A stretch of 64,000 nt of DNA from Octopus bimaculoides (Eukaryota). Positions 13,480 through 26,392 of this stretch are shown piece after piece (the first letter of the stretch is position 1; each line of letters begins with the position of its first letter). The stretch spans positions 85,928,079 to 85,992,078 of the forward strand of contig NC_068983.1 in assembly GCF_001194135.2 (NCBI RefSeq), written 5' to 3'. The notes below the pieces were generated by a model that made no database searches, was not told the DNA's origin, and was given only the letters and a program-made list of their open reading frames with translations. The position numbers were made by a program, and so were the translations under genes.

Positions 13480-14300
13480 CCACTTGTCATGATCCTTTGT
13501 CATCTCCTTCAAGAGATTCAACCACTCAAGATTGTCTTCACTATTTCTTCCTTTGCCACAACTTCTCTCTACTTGGAACTTCTTTATACAACTGATATCC
13601 TCCAGCTCATCTGTGTTCTCTTGTTCATGCACACTTAAATTTAAATTCCAGAACTTCTAGGAGGGCAGGCTCCTCTTATTTCTTTCCAGCATTTGAAAAT
13701 CGCTCACATTAAAGGATTATGTTTTGCTACCATGCAACATTGCATTTTGTACACAAGAATCACACCATTTACTCATGGATACTGAGAGTACTGTGTTGCC
13801 AGCAGATGTAATAGCACCCAGAACTTATGCTATTCATTTCTTACTCTGGCAACTATACTTTCAGAATATTCATCTTCACTGCTAGTTAGGTCAACTAGAT
13901 AACTAAAGCTACTGACTACTTCAGGCATTTGAAAGAATTTAATCCATGCACACTATTATTGGTAGCAACAACTGTGCATTTGCCACTTACAAAGTCTACC
14001 GTCTCTGCCAGTCAGTGATCCCACCACATCCCTTGTACATCCAAAGTTTACATTGAATGTACAGGAGATTTGGGTTTTTACCACCTCCTTTCCTGCATAA
14101 TGAGTTTGGCCACTTTTCTGAAGGCAGCGGTTTTACTTTCTTTCCTTCTAATTAAAACTTCAGTCCTTGTAAGGTTTACTTTGTGGCCTCTTGATTCTAG
14201 ATTCTTCTTTAAACCTTCTACAAATCCAGCTATAAAAACTAGCTAAATTAGCATATTTAAGTTCTCATGAATGACTAATTCTAAACTCCTCTGTTATAGC
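13480..14300 (-). mobile_element. Old degenerate RTE ORF2 remnant
   Basis: Minus frame EVVSSFSYLVDLTSSEDEYSESIVARVRNE*HKF resembles the EVVxSFxYLGDxISxxGGCSESxxARxRxxWxKF region of RTE RT; many stops. Confidence 0.6.
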
Positions 14301-14789
14301 TGGGGGGAACTATAATGAAGAGAAAGCGAGCTGAGAACTGAGTCTTGGTGGATACATCCACACTAATATAAGCATTGATGGACATCTATATTCCCTATTT
14401 AATTCATTGTCATTTCTTACTTTGTAGATGGCTGTAATACTCTGAGATATTCTGTGAGTTTCTATTAAGTGTTTATCGACTGCCATGACTACGGTTTCAT
14501 AAGACCAATCAAGCCAAGTGAAATCTTAGTTGTGGCAGATACAGGTCTCATGCAACTGTCACCTGTGCCATACAACAAAACCACCATAAACAAAAAAAAA
14601 CAAACAAGAAACTCAGAGCCCTATAATAAGTTTAACCCTATGAGAACCAGAATTTAAATAAAAAGCAACTTTGAACCATGAAAAAAGAATTCTTGGTGAA
14701 AATGATTTGAACAACCAACCTTTCTGTCCTGTTGCCCTCTAACCAATCTATTCATTTACCAACATCATCCATTCTGTGTGTATATATAT

Positions 14790-15115
14790 ATATATATTTG
14801 AATGTTGGGCCTCACGGAGACAATGACTAGCGACTGAGACATTTGGAGATATGCCGTGCATAATGAAGACCCCACTAAGCCAAGTGAAATCATAGTTGTG
14901 GTAGATACTGGTGTCACGGGACTGGCACCTGTGCCAGTGGCATGTAGAAGCACTCATTACACTCTTGGAGTGGTTGGTGTTAGGAAGGGGATCCAGCTGT
15001 AGAAACCATGTTAAATCAGACTGGAGTCTGGTGCAGCCCCTAAGCTTACCAGCCCTGGTCAAACTGTCCAACCCACACCAGTATGGACAACGGATGTTAA
15101 ATGATAATGAGGATG
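14790..15115 (+). mobile_element. RTE 3' fragment
   Basis: ttaggaaggggatccagctgtagaaacc...aaactgtccaaccca...gttaaatgat tail. Confidence 0.75.
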
Positions 15116-15377
15116 ACACATGCCAGAGAAATGAGATGATATTGCTGTACTATGGGTCTAAGATTGCTGTCTATTTTAAACTGATTTTCTCATCATTGAG
15201 TGACCCATTTTCATCAGATATGAGACCAATTCATGGAATATTCTTTCTGTGGAACCCAGTTGTCTTTTGGTGTTAGCATTGACAACGACAGCTTCTGATC
15301 CATCTGGATTAATTAGCAAGATGCCAAGTACCTTGACATCTCCACAACCAAACAAGGGTTCAGTTTTGTCTAGTTCT

Positions 15378-15870
15378 TAGGGGCACTCATCCTGTTATCA
15401 CTATGAAGCTGGAAGCTGATGTTATTGCTCTTGCTCAGGAAGTGTGCCAGGGACTGACAAAAGCAAAACAAGCAGAATCTGGTTTCCCAATATGGACAAA
15501 ATGAGAGAAGAAAATGTCAGAAGTTGTAAAGCTTGTCTGGCCACAACTTCTGTAACTGATATCCCTTTCAGAAAGCCCATGACAGAATTTGTGCATGGAC
15601 TTTAAAGGACCTATTGAAAGGAAATCTTATCTTTTTCCTCCTAATAGATGAGTACAGTCATTTCCCTGAAATAGAAATTGTCACAATAACCGTGGTGGAC
15701 TTGCTTCTGAAGTTTTTATATAGTGTAATGCATCTATGGTATTCCAAAGGTCATAAAAAACGATAATGGATCTTCCTTCCAGTCAGAGGAATTCAAGAAA
15801 TATGCCAAGCTGCAAGATTTCATACATAGGTGAATTGAGCCAGAACACCCTGAGAGCAATGGACTTACAA
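15378..15870 (+). pseudogene. Ty3/Gypsy integrase remnant (zinc finger + DDE core), frameshifted
   Basis: LRGTHPVITMKLEADVIALAQEVCQGLTKAK; FPNMDK...VRSCKAC; MDFKGP; IDEYSHFPEIEIV; YGIPKVIKNDNGSSFQSEEFKKY; HPESNGL. Confidence 0.8.
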
Positions 15871-17041
15871 TAAGTGTCAGCCCAGCTGAAAGTTTAATTG
15901 TACAATCAGACCATTCAATGTGATTCAGCCATTAACAGAAAGCAAAAAATTTGTTTCATAAACAAAACCATGTTACTGACTACATATTGGCAACCATGTG
16001 CTCATAAAACAGAAGAAGTCAACAACTGACTCTTTGTCTTTGATCCTTGACCCTTCACAGTAACTGAAATGAAAAGCTCAATAATCACAAGGGAACAGGC
16101 TAATCAGAAACTAACTCATAATGCATTCCAGTGGAAATATCTCCTGGACAGAGCAGCATGTGTGTGCCTTACAGGGAGAAAGGCAAAGGAGTACAACAGT
16201 AATAGTGACTAAGAGGATCTAGGCCTGCTGATCACGGACATCTACAGAATGCCAAAACGCAATCTACAAAGATAGCAGCAGATGTCAATCATCGAGTGGT
16301 GTCAGAACTTCGATACAGCAATAGAAATCATTGACCTCTGCCTTATCTTTGTGCCTATCTTCAGAACTGAGATGGGTAGAGGTGTGATATTCTGAGAAGT
16401 TCTAGTTTAATAAATAGGGAGTTACCTCCCTTGCAGGACACTTAACGGCACATGACAGGAAGTGGGGGAGAATATAATGGTGGTTTCCTAGAATGCATGA
16501 GAGCCTTTTGCTGTGAATTTCCTAGTGGCGCATATGAATTCGGATATTGATGCACAATGTTCATTTTATGGACTATATTCTCAGGATGGCAGCCTAGTAG
16601 GTCATTATTCTTTGACGCAAATCCAACCCTTCTATCAAAGAAGGCATTTCAATGGCATCTCTGTATATGGCTTGCAGCTTCTTACAATCCATTTATCTAC
16701 ACCTTATTTCTTTTTTCCTTTTTATCTACCATTAGACAACTGAATGTGGAACCCGGCCAAAAGCCTTCTGCAGGTCAACAAATGCTAGGTGAAGTGGCTT
16801 ATTACTCGTTAAATACTTTAGTAGCTGCCTCACTCAGAAGAGGCACAACTATTACCCTGCTTTCGCACAAACCTCATCTCATCCAGGTTAATTCACTTCT
16901 GTTTGTGCTGTAACTCTTTCAGTAACTTTTATAACTGGTCCATCAATTCGATGCTTCTGCAGTTACCACTCTCTAGAACATTTTCATTGCTCTTGCTTCT
17001 TAATGACACTGTTACACCAAAGTTGAGTATGATGTGTCCTA

Positions 17042-17348
17042 TGAAGTAGTATCAAAAGGTTCCCAGACTAGTTCTGTAGGGTGCCAATAGATAGCAGGAC
17101 ATGGCTGTGTGTGCAGTGATGGCTAGCAGTGACCTTCATGAGGCAGTGTGCTTCACAAGTTGTGCTTTTGTGGTCACGTCTATGCTGTAGTCTGTGATTT
17201 TGTCATGGACAGGAAGTTGGAACAAAGAGCCAATGTGAAATTTTGCATTAAACTTGGTAGCTATTTTGAAGGAGATGATGTTAAACCTTAGGTAAATAAG
17301 TTATTTTATTAAACATAACTAGTCCAGAAACTTTTTGATATCACCTAA
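17042..17348 (+). mobile_element. MITE of the same mariner family as 63294-63974
   Basis: Same TIRs and subterminal sequence. Internal junction fuses the KLG codons to the xYFEG codons; heavy CpG decay. Confidence 0.85.
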
Positions 17349-17554
17349 TACTCTGCTAAATATTTCTTATCCATAATGGACCAGCTCAGCAGCCTTCATT
17401 TCTTTAATCATGCTTTTGACCACACAACTGTCAACTGCTGATCTACTTGGCATTTCCCATGCATTCCCCTCATACAATGGCTTGCAATAGCATTTCAATG
17501 CCTCTTTCACTTTGGTATAATTGAGAGCCAATATGCCACTGACATTCTTGCAGC

Positions 17555-18980
17555 ATCATGTAAAAAAAAAAACATCTGTGCTGGTGCCATGTAAAAAGCA
17601 CCCAGTACACATTGTAAAGTGATTTGTGTTAGGAAGGGCATCTAGCTGTAGATACCATGCGAAAACAGACATTTGAAGCCTGAGTAGCTCTCCAGTTGAC
17701 CAGCTCTTTTCAAACCATCCAAACCATGCCAGCATGGAAGACGGACATTAAATGATGATGATGATACTATAAACACTCCTTCACAATGATGCTTCTGAAC
17801 CTCATGTCACTGAACATGCACAAACATGTAACATTAGGGTTCTCATTTTGCTAAATATACCACACGTCCAGATCATCATCTACCTACATGACACTGCCTT
17901 CTCTCTATTTTCTTGTAATCTTTCAATGTCTGTCTAGAGTAAAAATCAATAGCATAAATCTTATGAAATTGAGATATTATTCTGAAGACTATTTTCAGTT
18001 TGATTCTATTTAAAAGGTTACTTTATATTTTCATAGGAAGATTATATACATATATATATATGCTGAGTGGTTGGTGTTAGGAAGGGCATCCAGCTGTAAA
18101 AATCCTGTCAAAACAGTTACAGAAGTCTGGTGCTGGCTTCTGCCTGGCTAGCTCTTGTCAAACCATCCCACCCATGCCAGCATGGAAGGCAGATGTTAAA
18201 CGATGATGATGATCCCGTAAATCCGTTAATGTGAAACATTTTTGAGTGCACTCATAAAAACTCTTATGCTATCTAATCTGGCTACTACTTATTGTTCCCA
18301 TCTTCCAGAGATGCTGTTATAGTGTAGGATGAATATAGTATTAACAAGAACTTTTGGATGGAAATTCATAAATCCTTTAATGCATTGCTATGTATGTTTC
18401 CACAAACTCCATCTTTTAGCTGTATTCCACATCCATAGGATTTTACAACAGATGTAGTGTACAAGAGAGAAGACTGCATTGGTATCGCCATGTAATGTGT
18501 ATAAATGAAGACAGTTGCATCAAGAAGTATCAATCTCTAATTGTAGAGGAAATGTAGAAGGGGTAGACCCAGGAAGATGTGGGATGAAGTGGTGAGAAAA
18601 GATTTACAGACGTTTGAACTCACAGAGAGGATGACAGGAGACCAAAATTCCTGGTGGTTTGCTGTGGTTGTCAAGACATGTCAAGCTAAGTAAAAGTGCG
18701 GTTGCCCTTGCATACAGGCTCATCCCCTGCAACCTTCTCCAGCTGAGCGTCCCTAATCTTGCAGGCTTGTAGGTACTGGTACCATGTAAAAATCACCTGT
18801 GCTCATCCTGCGTAAAAACACCCAGCACACTCTGTAAAATGGTTGGTGTTAGGAAGGGCATCCAGCTGTAGAAACCATGCCAAAACAGACAGGGAGCCTG
18901 AATAGCCCTTCAGCTAGTCAGCTCCAGTCAAACTGTCCAACCCATACCAGAATGGAAAACAGATGTTAAATGATGATGAT
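17555..18980 (+). mobile_element. Cluster of RTE 3' fragments (about 17555-17765, 18063-18213, 18455-18980)
   Basis: Three copies of the aggaagggcatccagctgta...gatgatgat tail. Confidence 0.7.
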
Positions 18981-19456
18981 TTGTAAAATCCATGGATTTT
19001 AAGGGGAATATTAATACACGTGTTTGTTTCCTCAAGCAAAAGTTGCATTATTTGTAATATCCTATGGATGAGGAATACAACAACTAAAGCATGGAGTTTG
19101 TGCAAATGTATGTAGGAATGCTTTAAAGGATTTACGAATTTCCATCCTAAGTTCTTGTTTTATATACATATATATATATATATATATGTTGTTCTTTGGT
19201 GCATTTCCATATCAACCTTGATCGAGAAGATTTATGCTCAAAGGAAATCTAAATGTGATCTTTTAGCCTTTTATTTAATCACAGCTTGCTCTTTTATCAG
19301 ATAGCAAGCTGTGATTTCAAGGAGAATAATTATATATTTGTGTAGTAAACACCCTGGAGTACAGGCAAACTCTATCAAACTGAATATATAAATCATTTAC
19401 AATAAAAGTAGGAGATATTATATACGAGTCATGTTGTCAATGCTTCTGAGAAAAAG

Positions 19457-19605
19457 CATCCTGAAACTACATCCAGGATTACATCCTGAAACATCATCCA
19501 GGATGACATCCTGAAACATCATCCAGGATTACATCCTGGAACTTCATCTAGGATCACATCCTGGAACTTATCTAGGATCACATCCTGAAACTTCATCTAG
19601 GATCA
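19457..19605. repeat. Minisatellite, 6 x ~25 bp, each unit palindromic
   Basis: Unit CATCCTG(A/G)AAC(A/T)TCATC(C/T)AGGAT(T/C)A. Confidence 0.9.
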
Positions 19606-19976
19606 CAAGCAATTTTGTTTCTTTACTGTAAATAAATATCAAAAACTAATATTGAAGATATATGATTTGCCAAATTTTGCAGGAAAGATAGCAGTGGAAG
19701 TTGGGCTTCTGAACCCAATAGATAACACCTACTAAATGTAAATTGACAGTGGATGGTATGTGTAATAGAAGGCCCTCCCATCTCCTAAAAGGACAAAAAA
19801 GCTGAGATGACATCCAAATCCGAAGATGTTGGTCTAGAAGTGCCATTGGTGAAGAAAGTAAGGGGAAGAGTCATGAAAGAAAAATCTGAAAAGTAATGAT
19901 ACTGAAGAAAGGCATGCAAGAAATTGCTACAAAATGACGTGAATGGAAAACTTAATCAGAGTGAAGCAGTACTAAC

Positions 19977-20118
19977 CTTTATGAATTTGATATGAATTTA
20001 CTTTTTCTCCGGGGGGTCTGAACAGGTGTTCTTTTTCAAGTGAACTGACAAAGTCATCAATATTGGTCAGGTAACCTGGGGGCATCATTTCTGCTATGGG
20101 TTTCTCAACATCGTCGGC
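19977..20118 (-). CDS. HAT1: HAT1 coding exon 5, 142 nt: ADDVEKPIAEMMPPGYLTNIDDFVSSLEKEHLFRPPGEKVNSYQIHK(D)
   Basis: Acceptor ttctgttgtcag, donor gttagt. Matches the ADDVE...PPG...LEKE..F.P.G region of HAT1. Confidence 0.96.
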
Positions 20119-20934
20119 CTGACAACAGAACAAGATGAGAGGTCATAACAGAAGAACAGGTTACATTTGGGTAAAATGATTAACACAAAAGTTTGTAAAA
20201 ATTAGGGAGAATAATTAACATCCAGATACATATACAGGTAGCAAGGGTGAAGTCATACTGCTGAATTGTAAATACAAAAAACATCACAGAGTAAACACAG
20301 TCTGGTGGAAGAAAATGCAACCAAGTAAAACTTAAAATCAAATGCAGTGAAAGGCAATCCATTGATGGGGTGAAACCAGCTCATCATATTCGAAATATAT
20401 ATTACATTACCCATATCTATTGAAAGTCTGAGGAAGAAAACTAAATATTAAATATTTTATTAGTACTAATATAACCACAATAACTATGATCACACTGGAC
20501 TCAAAGGGTTTATGATAACCATGGACACAAAAGAGGCAAAGAAAAAGACATGTGGCATGTTCAAATAAAAGCTTCTTTACATTAGCATTTTTAGAATATG
20601 AAATTATGTATGTTTTTGTTTACTTCAATACTATCTCTGATACAAAGGAATAGCTCAGTGTTTTTCATGAAGTTTTGGCAATAGTAAGAATGACATTTCT
20701 TGCTAGCCATTCCTTGAGTCTGCTAACTGAAAGTGAGATAAGTTCTTTTGTTTTTGTTAGGTAAAATGTCAATTCTTATATGAAACATAGCATTACCAAC
20801 TGAATCAGTACACAACTTGGAACTTCTTGGTCTGGAGGAGATAAAAGATTAGAGACAGCTTCTGCAAGAATTGAACTTAGTACACAGATGGTAAGACTAA
20901 ATATTGTAAATATTTAGTTTGATGTGCTGTTTAT

Positions 20935-21885
20935 CATCATCATCGTCATCGTTTAACGTCTGCTTTCCATGCTGGCATGGGTTGGACGGTTTGACTGGGG
21001 ACTGGTGAGCCAGATGGCTGCACCGGGCTCCAATCTGATCTGGCAGAGTTTCAAGAGCTGGATACCCTTCCTAATGCCAACCACTCTGAGAGTGTAGTGG
21101 GTGCTTTTACGTGCCACTGGCACAACGGCCAGTCAGGTGGTACTGGCAATGGCCACACTCAAATGGTGTTTTTACGTGTCACCTGCACAGGAGCCAATCC
21201 AGCAGCATTGGCAACGTCCTCGCTCGAATGTTGTTTACCATGTACCACCGGCACAAGTGCCAGTAAGGCAGTACTTTTTATGTGCCACCACTAGCATGGA
21301 TGCCAGTCATGTGGTGCTGTCATCGAATTTGATTTCAATTTCACTTGCCTCAGCAGGTCTTCACAAGTAGAGTTTAGAGTCCAATGAAAGAAAGGTACGC
21401 CTAAGCAAGCTGGTTACACCACTGGCATAGGCCACAGGTTATGGTCTCACTTGGCTTGCCAGGTCTTCTCCAGCACAGCATATTTCCAAAGGTCTTGGTC
21501 ACTAGTCATTGCCTTGGTGAGGCCTAATGTTCGAAGGTAGTGCTTCACCACCTCATCCCAGTTCTTCCTAGGTCTACCTCTTCACAGTTTCCCTCATCCG
21601 CTAGGGTGTGACACTTTTTCACACAGCTATCCTCATCCATTCGTACCACATGACCATACCAGCACAGTCGTCTCTCTTGCACACCACATCTGATGCTTCT
21701 TAGGTCCAACTTTTCTCTCAAGGCACTTATACTCTGTCGAGTATGCACACTGACATTACACATCCAGTGGAGCATACTGACTTCGTTTCTTGCAAGCTTA
21801 CACATGTCCTCAACAGTCACAGCCCATGTTTCACTGCCATGTAGCATGCCTGTTCGTATACATGCGTCATACAGTCTGCCTATTT
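20935..21885 (-). mobile_element. 5'-truncated RTE LINE
   Basis: MLHGSETWAV...RRLCWYGHVVRMDEDSCVKKC (ORF 21545-21847) plus the conserved 3' UTR and (GAT)n tail. Confidence 0.87.
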
Positions 21886-21954
21886 TGTTTATTTTCAGCT
21901 TGCTTGTACAGAAAGTTTAAGTAGCCACTAAATTCAGAGTTGGTCATTAGAAAA

Positions 21955-22292
21955 AGTGGGGCTTTGATCTCAAAATACTGAATGTTACAAAGGAGATGAC
22001 AGAGGACCAAGATATGTGGCGCATTGCTGTACTCAAGAAGACTTGTCTACCAAAACAGAATTCAGATCCTAAAACCAAAGTGCCACATAAAAAGCACTGG
22101 TGTGGGTATTGGTGCCATGTAAAAAGCACCCAGTACACGCTGTAAAGTGGTTGGCATTAGGAAGAGCATCCAACCACAGAAACCGAGACAAAACAGACTA
22201 TGAAACCTGATGCAACCCCTGGCCTAGTCAGTTCCTGTCAAACTGTCCAACCCATGCCAGCATGGAATGGACATTAAATGTTGGCGATGATC
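21955..22292 (+). mobile_element. RTE 3' fragment, inverted relative to 20935-21885
   Basis: Same conserved tail. Confidence 0.75.
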
Positions 22293-22590
22293 CATGTCGA
22301 AAGTATTTCAGATGTGGCATATTTATGAGTCATTTCTCTTTATCAAGTTATGAAAGATATTATCTTTGATTTACTACAACAGGGAATATTGTTTTTGGAA
22401 ATGGCTTTTGTTATGCCAGTCATTTACTGCAACTCAGGTTTGAACCTGAAACAACATATGTATTATTTTTACACAAAAACAGCAAATGAACAATTCTTAA
22501 ACTGGATAATTTCACTTTTGGCTATTGCAAATAATAGACTGTTCCAATAAGTATTATAACAGAAAGAGTTAATTTGCTATTTTGTTCAGT

Positions 22591-23400
22591 GGCTGTGTGG
22601 TAAGTAGCTTGCTTACCAACCACATGGTTCGGGTTCAGTCCCACTGCGTGGCACCTTGGCCAAGTGTCTTCTACTATACTCTCAGGCCGACCAAAGCCTT
22701 GTGAGTGGATTTGGTAGACGGAAACTGAAAGAAGCCTGTCGTATATATGTATATATATATATAATTATAAGATCTGGTAATTAGTCATATATTAATATAT
22801 TAATTAATATCGATTAATTANNNNNNNNNNNNNNNNNNNNNNNNNNNNNNNNNNNNNNNNNNNNNNNNNNNNNNNNNNNNNNNNNNNNNNNNNNNNNNNN
22901 NNNNNNNNNNNNNNNNNNNNNNNNNNNNNNNNNNNNNNNNNNNNNNNNNNNNNNNNNNNNNNNNNNNNNNNNNNNNNNNNNNNNNNNNNNNNNNNNNNNN
23001 NNNNNNNNNNNNNNNNNNNNNNNNNNNNNNNNNNNNNNNNNNNNNNNNNNNNNNNNNNNNNNNNNNNNNNNNNNNNNNNNNNNNNNNNNNNNNNNNNNNN
23101 NNNNNNNNNNNNNNNNNNNNNNNNNNNNNNNNNNNNNNNNNNNNNNNNNNNNNNNNNNNNNNNNNCACACACATATATATGTATGTGATGTGTATGTTTG
23201 TGTGTCTGTGTTTGTCCCCCTAGCATTGCTTGACAACCGATGCTGGTGTGTTTATGTCCCCGTCACTTAGCAGTTCGGCAAAAGAAACCGATAGAATAAG
23301 TACTAAGCTTACAAAGAATAAGTCCCGGGGTCGATTTGCTCGACTAAGGGTGGTGCTCCAGCATGGCCACAGTCAAATGACTGAAACAAGTAAAAGAGTA
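22591..23400 (+). mobile_element. SINE family A spanning a gap
   Basis: Same head and tail as 6929-7845. Confidence 0.8.
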
Positions 23401-25492
23401 AAACTTGCCAAGTCTCATTTGGCTATTTATACAACCAGCTTTTGATGATATTCTTACCAACAAATACATAGAAAGTTACCAACTATGATTTTGAAGTTAT
23501 CTGGTTGGCATTTCATCCTTACAGTACTGAACAGATAATTGCAAGTTGTTTCAAGTTTCACAGCTTGCATATCTTTCATTTCCTTGTACAGACTAAAACA
23601 ACAATCAATGTGCAACGTACACTCACAAACCATTTTACAGCTATGCAGCTTAAAATTAATTGCAAGATATAAACTGCAGCTTATAGTTGCACATTCTTCA
23701 ACCTACATTGCATTAACAAAATCTCTAATTCAAATAGAACTCTTAATTCAGCTAGTCTCAATAAGAGATTTGTGTTCAGATGAATGAGTACCCAAAGCAA
23801 AGAAAAGCCCCACATTTTTGCCACTTCATGTAAATGTATGTTTATTTTCTATCTCTTTCTTTTTGTGCTGTATTAAAAAGGATATTGTAAAATTGAAAGA
23901 ATTGTAATACACAAATACTCTGTATAACACATTTTCTATACATGAATTAATAAACATTGACATACAAACGCTTGTAAGACTCATTTTTAAGAATGTATTT
24001 ATGTACTTTGCTCTTTTTTTTAATAATTAACACTAATTACTGTTTTATAATAATTATCCCTTATCCTACCATTTAGCTTTAGTAGGTCTATACACTACAA
24101 TGCAGTGCTCCAGCATGGCTGCAGCCAATGAAACAAGTAAAAGAATATGTATATACAATTACTTCATTTGTTGTCTTCTTTTTACCATTATTCAATGTTA
24201 TTTTCTACAATCATAAACCTTACTTAGTAAATCAGTTATTGTTATACGATTTATCTCAATGCAGTGCAATGAAGGTCAGTGGTATACAAGGAGTTAAGAG
24301 AAAGAAAAGATCTAAAAAGAATCCAAGAAAATATATAAATCTAGTTTGAGTATAAAAACTAGAGCTACAGCTGATTATGTTGCTAGAGTATTAATATATG
24401 AGTTGAGGCATAAGCCTATAAAATGAAGGTTCAATCCTATGGTTGCACTGTTTCTTAGGTAAAAGTACTCAACTATCAATGGTTCAAGTTACCTGGCTGT
24501 AGGTAAGCAACAAAGTGAAGTTTGATTCAGAGATGTAAGCAGCAAGGGTAACGAAAAGAGAAGAGTGCTTCATTGGATGTGGCCTGCTTCAGACCACATG
24601 GTTAAGAAGGCACAAGCAAAGCTGAATGGTCATGATTCTGCTTCTCATCATGAGGTTCAGAGTTTGATCTAACTGCACGATACTTTGAGCATGTCTTCCA
24701 TCATAGACTTAGGTCAGTCCAAGACTGAAATTAGGTACATGGAAACCGCTAGATGGATTAAATATAATTAAAAGGTCAGTCTTGTCACACTCTGTATCAC
24801 AAAGGGTTTGAGAGTTCCATTAAGGGAACAACTGTCTAAAGAATAATCAGCCACTTACATTGAACAAGGAATCCTTTTACTTGAAGGCAACCGAAAATCA
24901 CTCCAGTCTTCCCCTGAAGACAAACTGTTTCAGTGGTGCTTCATTGATCAGGTGAGTTATAGAAATTACTCATTGTCATGAAGTAAAATAAATAAAACTA
25001 GTCCAAAAACCTAAACGGTAAACGTATAGTAACAAATATTTTAATCAAGGTAACATTATAACATACCATGATTCTTTCCTGAGAGCATGACTAGTGTCGA
25101 GATTAATATTATATCAATTAACATGGATGAGTTCTCTAAAAAAGCCCTTGTTGGCTTCTAAGAACCATCAGTGTTAGCTTACTGCATGTAGTGTCTCTTG
25201 AGTAAATCAGCTTAGCTGAACCTTTTCAAGACATAAAGACGAAAGGAATTAAATTCACTAATAAATGTAATGAAACATTTGTTGACTTTACAATGTATCA
25301 ATTATTTTATAGCAATGAGTTGTCCCTACAAATTTTTTTTGCAGCAAAGCAGAATGGAAGCTTAAAGAGGTGTGTTGGCCATGAACACAATGCATTGCAG
25401 GTTTCAAGATACAATCTACTAGTGCCTTTATCAGTTGCCTAGCACCCTAGTAAATTGGGCATCTGTGGCTCTACATAAATTAACATACTCAC

Positions 25493-25616
25493 GCTAATTC
25501 CATCAAATTTTTCTGGAGTCACTTTGTCCAGGTATTTTATTTTCAGGTAAGTAATTAGAGCACCAGCTGTGTAGAACAAGTCTAAGTGAAGATCACGGTA
25601 GCCAAATATACTTTCA
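25493..25616 (-). CDS. HAT1: HAT1 coding exon 4, 124 nt: ESIFGYRDLHLDLFYTAGALITYLKIKYLDKVTPEKFDGIS
   Basis: Acceptor tttgctttttccag, donor gtgagt. Contains the E..FGY..L motif of Hat1. Confidence 0.96.
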
Positions 25617-26392
25617 CTGGAAAAAGCAAAACAAAATTATTAATTATCTTAAAGATCAATAAAACTGTAACTATATTGTGTATAATTGCAGGTATGGTTG
25701 TGTGGTTAGGAAGTTTTTTGGAACCACACGATTAGGGGATCAGTACCTAGTGTGGATGCTGTTGGCCTGTATCTTCTACTATAGCCACTGGTTGACCAAT
25801 ACCTTAGTGAAATTGGTAGACAGAAACTAAAGAAGCATGTATGTGTGTCAGTGAGTTTGTATATCCCCTCGTCTTCATGTGTGCTCTCTGAGTGTAAACA
25901 AATGTTGAAACAAGCAGCATCACATTTGTTTCCACTCCTCCTCCATGTAAACACATCTGGGTTGTTTGTTGCCCAACAGACTGGAGGATTATTACCTGGT
26001 CTGGAAACAGGTGAGGGTTGGTATCTGGCCATAGAAAACTCTACCTTAATGTAGTCTCATCTAACTTGTGCAAGCATGTGGGAAAATAGATTTTAAAATG
26101 ATGATGATTACTTTTCAATTACTGCATTTATTAATTTCAAAACATCCTCCCATGAAGTCATTTGTTTTATGATACAAAACTGTCCATTTTCAATAAAAAC
26201 CTTCATCAACAGATCTACATGTGTAAAACTTGTTCTAAACACAACTAATCATCATTGTTATTTTAATGTCCACTTCTCTATGCTTGCATGAGTCAGACAG
26301 TATTTTGTTGAGGTAGATTTTCTAGTTGGAGGCTCTTTCTCTTGCCTTTCCACACCTGTTTCCAAGTGAGTTATTTCCTCATGACCAAATAT

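Noticed and set aside
19457-19605. Palindromic repeat array resembling CRISPR
   Set aside because: No unique spacers, no cas genes, eukaryotic intron.
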